From the NCBI RefSeq assembly GCF_001194135.2, contig NC_068983.1, positions 133,124,785 to 133,166,946 of the forward strand: 42,162 bases of DNA, written 5' to 3'. Source of the stretch: Octopus bimaculoides (taxonomy: Eukaryota). The notes below the pieces were generated by a model. That model saw only the letters and a list, made by a program, of their open reading frames with translations. It was not told the origin of the DNA and did no database searches. Shown here in pieces: positions 23,865 through 35,801 of this stretch (position 1 is the stretch's first letter; the number at the start of each line of letters is the position of its first letter). The position numbers and the translations under genes are program-made.

Positions 23865-25172
23865 TCTCAGAATTCTATCTTCTCAAGTTGAATCAAAAAT
23901 AAGGTGGCGAGGGGATTATGCTGTTACCTCTACAGAAATGTATTATATCTACAGAAATATAATTTATTTAGGAAGATATTTTCAGCTGTCAAACATTTAC
24001 AATCAACATGTTAAGTCTTTGCGCTTTAACTGTCAGACTCTTGATTAATCGGCCACACTAATTTTTTCATATCTAACCACAACATATGGAATTTTCAGCA
24101 GTAGACATGACACTATACTATTATATGGTCTTTTAATATTGAAATAAGATTCTGACTTGTGCTTTCTGCCAATTAAAAATATTTCCTACACAAATCACTG
24201 AGCGAAATCGTCGGGAACAAGTTACAAACGAGAGTGCAATGCAACGCCCATTAAATCGAAGTCTCATAGACATGGCTTCACATTTCTGAATTATCTGTTA
24301 CAGTGTACGTAGTATTTGCAGCCTCGTTTTATAATTGACAACTGAACTAATTTGTGTTCAAATTAGAGATATTTTATTTACTTTTTTCTTTCATTATTTT
24401 TTTCCAAAAAAAATTGATATCGAACAAAATGGTAGCAATGACATTCTGGAAGTACTAAGAAACATACACAGGATGAGTTATATGGTAATTACCTTCGTTA
24501 TTATGTGTATATTTATTTTATTGGAGTAGAATGAGAACAAAGATCTTAAGATGTTTCTTGATCAATGGCAAAGAGAAAAAAGACAAATTATTACAGACTC
24601 GATAAATAAAATTCATCCATCTTTATAAAAGAAACCAAATTCTGTTTAAATATCTTTTGTCAACTGACCGTGAAGAATCTAATATAAATTGCTTTAGTTT
24701 ACGTCTACATTTTAAACTTCATTCTGTCGCCCATTTCCCGGCTTCCCAATCGTATTGCTAATTTAAATTTTATCTTATTTCTTTATTTCATATTTGCTTG
24801 TTTTGTTAATGATGATTTATAGTTTTAGTCTTCAAATTCTTTTTTTAGCTTCTTTGAGTGTTTTTTAATGGAGGTAGAGTTACATACAATTAATTAAAAT
24901 GTCAATGATAGTAAAGATAATTTAATTGGGTGTTTCGGCTTGCAGAATTTCCGTATTTCTATTTTTGTTAAACAACTACGAAATTACCAGACTAGAAAAA
25001 GTATCTATAATGAGCTTTGTGAAACATTAACAAGGATGTTTTGCAAAACATATAGAAAGTTTGACTAGAGATTTTATCGCATTCTATTTCTTCGTGAATC
25101 CAAATTATGTTTGCAGCAACTTTGCTTTCATTCTTCATCAGTGGATATAAATATGTGACTACAACTGTTAGT

Positions 25173-25534
25173 GGAGTGGATAAAATCTGGTACAGGTTAA
25201 CACTTAATAATAGCTTCGAAGACTACTTAAAATTTGATATGAAAAACGGGTTAATATTCATGTGAATAAATGGGAACACGTTAAAGAGATACAGGTAACT
25301 TAAGCCTCATACATATCAATTACCCCTCATAATCTTTAACAAATAACCNNNNNNNNNNGGAGTGGATAAAATCTGGTACAGGTTAACACTTAATAATAGC
25401 TTCGAAGACTACTTAAAATTTGATATGAAAAACGGGTTAATATTCATGTGAATAAATGGGAACACGTTAAAGAGATACAGGTAACTTAAGCCTCATACAT
25501 ATCAATTACCCCTCATAATCTTTAACAAATAACC
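25173..25534. other. Exact 176-bp duplication across a 10-N gap (probable scaffolding artefact)
   Basis: 25173-25348 and 25359-25534 appear identical and directly flank the N run. Confidence 0.85.
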
Positions 25535-25932
25535 GAGTTTGTATTTCTAATATTGGTCCCGTTATTTACACAAAGGCACATGAACTACAGCAAGCTAATC
25601 ATAAATTTCAGTTATATGAAATGTCTGCCAATCGTACAAATAAATGTGATTAATCTATTAGAAGTCTAAAGATACCCTCATTTCCGTACATATTACTATG
25701 CACTGAAGTGAAAAGACAAATATATGTAATAGCTGTAGGAAAAGCTGCAGGTCAGCAAATGGGGTAAAAATGCAGCTTTATTTGCGGCTCGTTATTAAGT
25801 GATGGTTACACTTATTAGTGAGTTGACTTCCAATATATCTAATATTTATAACATATAAATGCATGTATATTTTGACCGTGTAGTTTCTATGGTACTGGTC
25901 AGAATTAAGAGGTATTAGGGAAGAAGTAGTAA

Positions 25933-26015
25933 CACACACATACACACACACACACACACAAACACACATACACGCACGCACGCACGCTCACGCACGCACG
26001 CACACACACACACAC

Positions 26016-26098
<83 letters not shown>
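25933..26098 (+). repeat. (CA)n/(CACG)n followed by (TA)n microsatellite
   Basis: Direct reading. Confidence 0.95.
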
Positions 26099-26104
<6 letters not shown>

Positions 26105-27740
26105 TATTATAAGCTGTTTCGGTTCGAAGCTATTCTACTTCGTTTATAAATGTGGAGTAGAACATTATGAGGATTGCAGTGTACTGGATAGAGAAGAGGA
26201 GTAAATTATATGAGAATGTTAGTGACATAGAGGAAAATAGACAAAGGGCAAAACAGATAGAAGGTTAGAAAAATGTTGAGAGAGAAAGAGTAAATGGGAG
26301 GAGACAGATTAGGAGGGTGATAGATATTGATGACCAAAGAGAAAGAAACAGATACGAAGAGTATTACAGAAAATAAAAGAGTGGAAAAGAGAAAGAAAAT
26401 AGAGCCTTAGAGACAATATCACTGAGAGAAAACAAAATGTAGAAAGTTGGAAAGAAAAGGTAGAAACAGCGATACATATCAACAAAGGGTTTTAGAGAGA
26501 GACGGGAGGGGCACAGCTGAAAGAGTAAGTGAGAATGGCAAAGATGGTGTGCGTATGGGATAGTTGAAAAGAGAGATTGAAAAGAAGAAAATAAAAGTAA
26601 ATATAAATTTAACCAGAAAAACTGTATTTCATTTTTGTTTTTTTTTTATTGGGATTCTCTTTTACAGGTAAGTGCACATTTCGGCATTCTCTGTGGATTC
26701 TCAGATGAATCAATAAAGGGTAATATTATAAGATAGAAATACATACAATATAATTAAAGGAAGGAGAAACTAAAGACATTTCAAAGCAAGTAAATGATGA
26801 AAGATATTTCAAATATAATTTTGGCTAAAAATAATAGATAACAAGAAGAGTCATGTTTTATATCAACGAATGTGCAGTATTTGAAATTTGATAATCGAAA
26901 AATCAATGAATATTCTATATAAGACATGTTATGTTCCAAATTCAATCCATATCACCCCCTCCTCATTCGCTCTCTATTTTCAAACTATATAACTTCATGT
27001 TTGTCCTTATTTTCTTACTATATCCCTGCATATTTACTCATTTCTGTCTACATCAAAATCTTCTAACACTGTTTTCTAACTAAATCCCTCTCCCTCTCTC
27101 ACTTTTCTTTTCTCTAACTGTCTCACAGACACACACAAACACGCATTCACACACACTCTCTCTCTCTCTCTCTCTAAATCGTTTCTCATTCTCTTTCTTT
27201 CTCCCTCCCCTTACTGTATTTTCCCTCTTTACTCTTTGCTATCTATACCACATCCTCCTTACAATATATTTTCTTCCTAGATCACTCCGTATTTACTCAT
27301 TATATATCTCTCAATATCACTCGCGCTTTGGTTTATAATTTCAAATTATATCACTAGCTTCTTGCGTTTTCCTATCGTAATTCCTGCATCGTTACACTTT
27401 TCTATCTATATAACTCTCTTACTCCCTATATTTCAAGATAATTATTTCAGAAACTTTAACGTTTCTTGTAGGTTACATGTAAGAAACTATATATCCTGGT
27501 ATAACAACGGTTTCGAAAAACAGTTCGTAAAACGAAAAACAAACTGGTTAAGAAACAGAGCAGCCACTCCAATGTCTCTAACATCCGAATATTTAACTGG
27601 GGTTCTTTTAAAATCTAAACTAAAAAGTAGAACTTCGGGGTTGATGAATAAAATTTTTTGGAGCATTAGTGAAATGTGTTATACAGTTTTGAATAGAAAA
27701 CACGGTTGTAGGTCATGCCCCAAAACAGCTATATATAAAG

Positions 27741-27939
27741 AAAAGGGCAGCAGTTTCGGGGGAGGGAGCAGTCGATTACACTGACCTCAGTACTCAACTG
27801 GCATTTATTTTATCTACCCACGAAAGGATGAAAAGGCAAAGTTGACCTGGGCGGAATTTTAACTCAGAATGTAAAGACGAACGAAATGCCGCAAAGCGAT
27901 TTGCCCAGTGCGGTAACAGTTCTGCCAGCTCGTCACCTT
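27741..27939 (-). mobile_element. tRNA-derived SINE with Meta-like domain, near full length
   Basis: Minus strand: AAGGTGACGAGCTGGCAGAACTGTTACCGCACTGGGC...CATTCTGAGTTAAAATTCCGCCCAGGTCAACTTTGCCTTTTCATCCTTTCGTGGGTAGATAAAATAAATGCCAGTTGAG. Assigning the domain to the MetaSINE superfamily is from memory. Confidence 0.8.
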
Positions 27940-28900
27940 CGCTGGCCATAAATAATGAGTTATAACAAAGAAGCGCTCATGCCTATCTAAAGAACATTTG
28001 ATCCATTTGTATTATAAACAACGACAAGATATAAACGTCATGGCCCTCACCTCGAGTTTATTGAATGTTAAATTCTTACAAAGGAACCAGATAGATGTGA
28101 ATTGAAACATTATGGCGTTTATTCTTTCCCTAAAGCGGTAATTCACGTTATATTTGTATGCAGGTGGAATAATTCATATTTTCAGATATACTCATAACTT
28201 AGTAAGAAGGAATTCGAAAATGCTGCTCTATTTCCCATCTGACAAATAAAGTTACCTTGTTAATGCTATGAGCCATATATTTCCGTTATAGTTATGCTGT
28301 TTTTTTATACAGTTGTAAAGCTCTCCATTCAGTTCTGTTTTCATGAAAGCTATTTAATTATTATAAATGAATATGTATTCTACTTAGTAATTTATTTGTA
28401 AAATTTATTCCGACGTTTCACTCTTGAAGTTGCCAAACTTTACAGATTGTTGTATTTGCTGTTGTTGGTGCTGCTTTTGACACCATTGTTGTTACTGCTA
28501 TTGATGCTGTTGTTGCTACTTTTAAAACTCATGCCGCTGCGGTCGTTATTCTGTCAGCTTCTAGCGCGCAACCATTTTTACATGTGAATTATTTTATTCA
28601 CTGCACAGATATATTGTATATCATATGAATCACTTTTCTATCTTCAGCTGAATTTCTCACTCATATATCAGCTTAAATAAAATTTATCGTTATTGTTTAG
28701 ATGTACCGAAAGGGAGGTGAATAGAAAAACAGTTCTGAGAAAGTATATGGCAAACTATACAGTACATGGCCTTCTGGAGCTCAGAACCTATGATAGCATT
28801 TAGGGTGGGAGAAGATTTGCATAGAATATTTTAAGTTATCTGCAGTGTTCATATAAACCCTTTCTGTGAGGAAGATGATGAACCCTTGGTTCAAGCGCGA

Positions 28901-29014
28901 AATTATTACATTATTTACATTTATAATTGACGGATATTTGTCCGGGCATATGGCTTAGTGGTTAAGAGCGCGGGTTACTAATCCCAAGATTCCGAGTTCG
29001 ATTCGAGGCAGTGA

Positions 29015-29071
<57 letters not shown>

Positions 29072-29252
29072 CAACAACATCTAAAAATACCGAGAGCCCA
29101 TGTTCGAAATTTCCTCAAGACACCTGACGAAGGCTGGAGGGTATATCAGCCGAAATGTTGTGTTAACAACAAACAAGATGAGGACAACTATCTGTCAATT
29201 GTAAATAATGTAAATAATGCACATAATTCATCATCTCTTAAATATAGAACTG
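28901..29252 (+). mobile_element. Composite element: inverted tail copy, tRNA-derived head, (AAT)n, hammerhead-bearing tail
   Basis: A box TGGCTTAGTGG 28951-28961; B box GTTCGATTC 28996-29004; (AAT)n 29019-29068; hammerhead 29119-29164; 28901-28943 is the inverted copy of 29182-29227. Confidence 0.85.
29119..29164 (+). ncRNA. Minimal type I hammerhead ribozyme motif (PLE-type)
   Basis: Stem I GACAC (29119-23) with GTGTT (29160-64); core CTGACGA (29124-30) plus one extra A; stem II GGCTG (29132-36) with CAGCC (29147-51); GAAA (29152-55); then TGTT, giving a GUU cleavage triplet and a minimal stem III (ATGT, one change from palindromic ACGT). Confidence 0.75.
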
Positions 29253-29509
29253 CAAAAGTATTAGTACAGAAAAACAATTGCTGATCTTTATATCAAGAAT
29301 AAGGATTTATAAAATAGATATTGACGTTGAGAATTACCAATAAATGCCCAGTGGTTCGATCTGTTGATCGAGTTATTTATTGAATTAGCATGTAAATGGT
29401 TGAATATACCGCAGTCATAATACCCTAAACGTAATTCGCAACATGATATAGTCAGACAAGCCTGTAACTTAGAATAAGCTTGATTCAATCCGAGAGTATT
29501 TCAACACAG

Positions 29510-29650
29510 TTTCCGTCAACCCGATTTCAAGTCAATTTCATAAAACTTGGATTGACTTTAAAACCAAACAGAAGACACTTGGACATAATGTTGAATAGTG
29601 AATCGAAACAAAAACATTCTGTTTCGGAAGCGAACTTCTAAACTATGCAT
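29510..29650 (-). mobile_element. Degenerate 5' half of the CORE-like SINE
   Basis: CAGTTTCCGTCAACC...AGAAGACACTTGGACA...GAATCGAAAC...GAACTTCTAAAC parallels the reverse complement of 15160-15300. Confidence 0.45.
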
Positions 29651-30712
29651 CCGAAACAAAAAGTATCAGTAATATATTTTGGTATTCATTTTATTGATTA
29701 ACCAGGGTGACGATTACCTGTTAGAGACTTATATGTTTGTGTCTCATTTTAAACGGTTTCATTTCGAGTCTAACTCACAACCTCACAGTATTGCATTTTC
29801 CTTGACTGAGAGATCTTAATTCCTATATTTATATGAGAAGCTGTTACTGATTACGTTTGAATAGAGAAACGTGTTGATAAGTTTCAATTGAATTTCACCC
29901 AAGGTTAGAACTCTTATGGCAGGTATCTCACTCTACGTGTTTTTTTAAAAATCTAATGATACAATAGATAATATAATCCTGAATATGTTTATGTAATGAA
30001 ATGACGAGTTGACGGTCTCGGCTAAAACAATTTTCAGAATAGACCAATTAACTCATATTTGACCTAGGGTTAAACATCAATAACAACATGAACAAGGATT
30101 CTGTGCATATTAAACATTAAGTGGCATACTGGTTTGATTATATTTCTGATATAAACAACATTCTGCAATTTGAGTTTGTTTACATGATTTTGTAATTCTA
30201 TAACCCGTCCATAAAAAACAATTTGCTTAAAACAGGTTGTGCAGTGATGCATATACTATTTCAAGGCTGATGCACTTTTGTTCAGTATATCACAACAGCA
30301 TATAATGGAAATAGAATCTAAATGAAGATAAAATGAAGATAAAGTGCACGCCGTATTGTAAAGTAAGCTTGCACTCATGAAACATTATTGGTGATGGAAT
30401 GTGTAGGCAACAAATGATATCAATGTTTGTTTGAGGGTTCGAGAACGGTCTGTACATACTTATTCTGCATGTGACATAGAAATCGTGGTACCATTAGTAA
30501 AACAGGTGGACAATAAATATAAAACATCGGACTACAGCTACGGTGGAAGGTATTCTGTCCATGACCATCCCGACATAGTTAATGACAAGAATGAGGAAAA
30601 GGTTTTCCGTGTGTTGTATGACGGTTGAGTGGAATTGAGATGAATTTAATTTGCAACTTGGGAAGGCGATTATATCAGGATAAGGATAAGTGTTTCTAAA
30701 ATTTAGGACAAT

Positions 30713-30714
<2 letters not shown>

Positions 30715-30775
<61 letters not shown>

Positions 30776-30900
30776 NNNNNNNNNNNNNNNNNNNNNNNNN
30801 NNNNNNNNNNNNNNNNNNNNNNNNNNNNNNNNNNNNNNNNNNNNNNNNNNNNNNNNNNNNNNNNNNNNNNNNNNNNNNNNNNNNNNNNNNNNNNNNNNNN

Positions 30901-30938
<38 letters not shown>

Positions 30939-31140
30939 TGTACATTTTTGTGTTGTATTTGTCTCCAATCGCTTGATAACTGCTGTTGGTCCCTTCATTT
31001 ACCTGTGACCTAGCGAATCAACTTAAGAGACTGCTAAAATAATTTGAAGTCTTAAATGAATAAGTACTGGGATGAATTTGTTTGACAAATCCCTTTCAAG
31101 GCGGTATCCTAGCATCTCTGCAGTCTAATAATCGAAAAAA
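30715..31140 (+). mobile_element. (GT)n (gapped) followed by the 3' half of the CORE-like SINE
   Basis: After the (GT)n: CGCTTGATAACTGCTGTTGG...GAATAAGTACTGGGATGAATTTGTTTGAC...CCCTTTCAAGGCGGTATCCTAGCATC. Confidence 0.75.
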
Positions 31141-31269
31141 TTGAAAGATATCAAAGAAAATTGTAAAAAGGCTAAATCTAAGAAACAAAACGCACCACTG
31201 AATAAGTGGTAAAGAGCTAATAAGGAAACCTACTACATACCAGTACCTGGTAAAGCTGAACAGTGCTGC

Positions 31270-31940
31270 TTCATACGAGGAGACCCAACTCTCGTCAACT
31301 GTGATGATCCTCGACATGAAGGATGAGTCATCAGTGGTACGCTGACGGAGCACTTGGCAATCTTCGACCCGATGTTCTTTTTGTTCAGTGGTCAGCAAAC
31401 AGGATCAAACTTGGTAGAGACACACCGCATGTTCAATTCAGGCGTTTTGATTGCTTGCACAGACCCATACGACAGACCAACAACATCAGCAATGTCGTTG
31501 ATTGTCCACCAACGATCCTCATGCACAAGCTGATGAATTTTCTCCACATCCCGAGGTGACGATCGTGGAAGGTTTTCCAGCAAGGTTCTTCTTCTCTTGA
31601 AGTGCCCAAGACACTCCAAACATGCATACAACCCTTTGCTTAGTCGCTGTAAGCTTGCCGAAGCATGTTCAATGTCTTTGTAGCAGACGTCCGAAGTTTA
31701 ACGCAAAATTTCATTTTGGCTTTTTCTTCCTGCTTCCTGTCGATGACAAAATCGCAGACTACAGCATAAAAGTAATCACAAAAACACATATTTCACAACT
31801 TCCAAAGTAAACACAGCAATGTTACTTAGCACACTGCATCATAAAGGTCACTGCTAGCTCTTCTGTGCAAGCAACTGTGTGCTGTCATCTGTTGGCGCGT
31901 TATAGAACTAGTCCGAGAACTTTTTGATAGGTGGAATGTA
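31270..31940 (-). mobile_element. Mariner-family DNA transposon, 5' TIR plus N-terminal transposase, 3'-truncated
   Basis: Minus-strand ORFs 31392-31631 and 31096-31398: CLGHFKRRRTLLE...LVHEDRWWTINDIADVVGLSYGSVQAI..ELNMRCVSTKF..LTTEQKEHRV...SRIITVDESWV (HTH domains, first catalytic D of TGDESW). TIR-like end TACATTCCACCTATCAAAAAGTTCTCGGACTAG at 31940-31908. Confidence 0.88.
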
Positions 31941-32099
31941 AGAAACAGTTGATAATTGTATCTCAGCTAGCTCATGCTAAGAAATAATGCATCTGCTGGC
32001 AAAGTTTGAGACTTCCACATATGGACAATCATGCCAGCGTTATGTAATAACAGCAGGATATATGCTTTATAGTACGGACCAAAGGAAGCCATGGACATA

Positions 32100-34615
32100 C
32101 AGCCTACAAGAAACTCAGAATCTTTCCAATTTGAACTTCAATAAGGCAAACTGGAAACAGATTGAGAAAGAGATCCTCAAACAAAACTGGCCTAAATGTC
32201 TCTCCTCACCGGACATCGACATGAAACTTAAACAATTCATGTCTGTAATGCAAGCTATATGTTACAAATGTGTCCCGGAGATAAAGGCCACTGTACACAA
32301 GAACAAAATCCCCAGGGAGAGGAAAATTCTTATGAGACGGCGGACAAAAGTTTCAAATCGCCTAAACAAACAAATTGAAAGCAGTGAAAAGTCCCGCCTG
32401 AAAATACAACTGCTGGAGATTGAAAAAAATCTGCAACTCTCCTACGAAAAAGAAAGAGCAGACAAAGAAGCCTGGGCTATAGACAATATAAAATCTAACC
32501 CCAGAGATTTCTACAAGTTTGCCATTGAAACAGCTTCAGTGCACTGCAGGATAGGGCCACTACTTGAAAAAGATGGTGCACTAACAGGAAACCCAAGGAG
32601 GATAAGTGAAATACTAAATGATCAATTCAAAAGTGTTTTCACTTCACCCCTAGGGCACTTTCAAGTCAGCAATCCAACTGACTTTTTTACCACTGCAGAT
32701 ATAAAAGCAGAGGCAATGATGTTTGATTACATCAATATAAAGGAAGACGATGTAATAAGGGCTATAGATGAATTGAACCCAAACTCAGCTACTCGCCCTG
32801 ATGGATTCCCAGCAATCCTTCTAAATGTATGTAAACGAGTCCTAGCAAGACCACTGCAGTCCCTCTTTCAGAGCTTCCTTGCATCTGGCAAACTCCCAAG
32901 AAAACTGAAAGAGGGGAAAATATGCCCTATTCATAAAGGAGGTAGCAGAGCGGAGGCCAAGAACTACAGACCTATCTCTCTTACCTCAGACATCAGCAAG
33001 GTCATGGACCGAATAGTCAGAAGAAAACGAATCGCCTTCCTTGAAGAAAATGACTTGCTGCCTGACACCCAACATGGTTTCCGACCAGGAAGAAGCTGCC
33101 TGACTCAGCTCTTACAACACTATGACGGGGTGCTGAAACAGCTACTTAACCACTCAAATGTGGAAGTGATATATCTCGACTTTGCAAAGGCCTTTGATAA
33201 AGTTGATCATGGAATGATATGTCACAAACTTCGTGATCTCAGCATAGTTGGAAAATTGGGAGAATGGCTTCATGACTTTCTGAAGGATAGAAGTCAGGTG
33301 GTAGTAGCCAATGGGGCCACCTCCAATGACACACAAATAGTGAGCGGTGTTCNNNNNNNNNNNNNNNNNNNNNNNNNNNNNNNNNNNNNNNNNNNNNNNN
33401 NNNNNNNNNNNNNNNNNNNNNNNNNNNNNNNNNNNNNNNNNNNNNNNNNNNNNNNNNNNNNNNNNNNNNNNNNNNNNNNNNNNNNNNNNNNNNNNNNNNN
33501 NNNNNNNNNNNNNNNNNNNNNNNNNNNNNNNNNNNNNNNNNNNNNNNNNNNNNNNNNNNNNNNNNNNNNNNNNNNNNNNNNNNNNNNNNNNNNNNNNNNN
33601 NNNNNNNNNNNNNNNNNNNNNNNNNNNNNNNNNNNNNNNNNNNNNNNNNNNNNNNNNNNNNNNNNNNNNNNNNNNNNNNNNNNNNNNNNNNNNNNNNNNN
33701 NNNNNNNNNNNNNNNNNNNNNNNNNNNNNNNNNNNNNNNNNNNNNNNNNNNNNNNNNNNNNNNNNNNNNNNNNNNNNNNNNNNNNNNNNNNNNNNNNNNN
33801 NNNNNNNNNNNNNNNNNNNNNNNNNNNNNNNNNNNNNNNNNNNNNNNNNNNNNNNNNNNNNNNNNNNNNNNNNNNNNNNNNNNNNNNNNNNNNNNNNNNN
33901 NNNNNNNNNNNNNNNNNNNNNNNNNNNNNNNNNNNNNNNNNNNNNNNNNNNNNNNNNNNNNNNNNNNNNNNNNNNNNNNNNNNNNNNNNNNNNNNNNNNN
34001 NNNNNNNNNNNNNNNNNNNNNNNNNNNNNNNNNNNNNNNNNNNNNNNNNNNNNNNNNNNNNNNNNNNNNNNNNNNNNNNNNNNNNNNNNNNNNNNNNNNN
34101 NNNNNNNNNNNNNNNNNNNNNNNNNNNNNNNNNNNNNNNNNNNNNNNNNNNNNNNNNNNNNNNNNNNNNNNNNNNNNNNNNNNGAAGATCCTCGAAGGTA
34201 TTGTCCCAAACTTTAGCATCGAAAGTTACACAAATAAAAGAACTGGACGCCATTGCATAGTGCCAAGGACTCCAAATTTGCCATCAAGATGTAGGACAAG
34301 ATACTGTAATTGCCTGGGCGTCAAAGGTCCACAGCTCTTCAATATCCTCCCGAAGGACCTGAGAGACCTGCATGCGGTGGATGTAGGTGTCTTCAAGACA
34401 AGGCTGGACCTCTTCCTGTCAGGTGTCCCAGATGAACCAACTACACGGCAGGAGGCGCAGATGAGAGCAGCTGCATCAAACTCTCTCATGCACCAAATGT
34501 CAATTCCTGAAGTAAAATTCGTGAAGTAAAATTGTGTAGCAACACAAAATGGCGGAGCCCCAGCATGGCCACGGCTCATGAGCTGAAACTGGATAAGATG
34601 AAAATGAAATGAAAT
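32100..34615 (+). mobile_element. CR1-clade LINE, 5'-truncated, RT ORF interrupted by an 831-bp gap, 3' UTR present
   Basis: NFNKANW...PDGFP...PIHKGG...NYRPISLTS...QHGFRPGRSCLTQL...YLDFAKAFDKVDH...SGV[gap]; after the gap KILEGIVPN...GPQLFNILPKDLR...FKTRLDLFLSGVPDEP, stop at 34529; tail ends in (ATGAA)-like repeats. The first about 40 aa of the predicted ORF (31987-32100) are probably not part of the element. Confidence 0.93.
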
Positions 34616-35801
34616 ATGACGAGACAACAAATCTACGAAATTAATCCCATACTGAGACAGCAGTCTTAGTCTATAACTACAGATACAAATATCTAGACGT
34701 GGATGAAAGTGATAATATAAAAGACAAGGAAATGAAAGGGGAAATTGTGAAATAGTATAACAGAAGGGTCATATTAATATAAAATAGTGAGTTCACAGAT
34801 AACAATACGTTAATAAGTAGCTGATAAAATAAAAGAGAAATCAAAGAGAAAATTAGAAAGGAGTACAACACTCGGGTCAGATTATATAGAAAAGTGAATT
34901 CAGTTATAACAATAGGACAATAAATACAAAAAGAAACTATTTTCCCTGTATTTATAAAGAAACAATAAAGTGCAAATGGGAAGATATGAAGATAACTTCA
35001 CTGGAAAAGAATCATTTGAAGTTGAACATACAGTAGAACGGATTTCAAATCAAATAACTGAAAAATCGAAATTTACACAAAAGGCAAAAAATGAGAGGGA
35101 AATCGATCCAATTTCCATCTCATAGCGATGGAAAAACAGACCTGATTTCAGGTACACAGGACCAACTTATAGCAACATAAATCTATAAGAACATAGTCAT
35201 AAGCATGTGACTCTGCAAGCAGAAAAATATGACAATCTATCACAATCTCGACGCCTAGTCTTCGCAATGCTTAACTTTATATGCAAACACTCTCGAATTA
35301 GCCGTTATGCCTATTATGTAATATATTAGCGTTCCAGCCTGTACATTGAGAAAACGCTTGTATTAGCATGTAACAAACAGAGCATATATAAATTAGACTT
35401 AGAAACGCTATATGAGCCAGAGAAAGGAAAATCAAGTATATGATAATGACAGTAATCTGACAGGGGTTCCGATCATGTCTAACTATAATATTTTCTATAA
35501 GAAATTTTAAAATTTACAACACCATGAAACTACATGGAATTCTTATTTTTATGTTAAATATAAAACACAATTCTGGGTAGGAAGTGAAGACAGTCCTAAT
35601 CATATTTTGAGGACAAGAGATGATTAAATAAAAGACTGGACAAAAGGTATATAGCATGGCATAGAACTGTGCACAGAGGCAGAAAATTAGTTCTGCTTAT
35701 TACGGCTCTCATCCTATACAAGTTACGTCGAATTCAATATCATAATTTATATCCCTAATATTTTTCGCAACTCACACAAAACGTAATTTACACGACCAAA
35801 C

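Noticed and set aside
25173-25534. 176-bp tandem duplication as biology
   Set aside because: Identical copies directly flank a 10-N gap, typical of unmerged contig overlap.
27362-27784. 140-aa ORF as a gene
   Set aside because: Non-ATG (TTG) start, no recognisable domain, no splice support, and its end runs into a SINE.
30431-30628. Protein-like 65-aa ORF
   Set aside because: Non-ATG start and no motif; part may be a degenerate opposite-strand retroposon tail (GGGATGGTCATGG).
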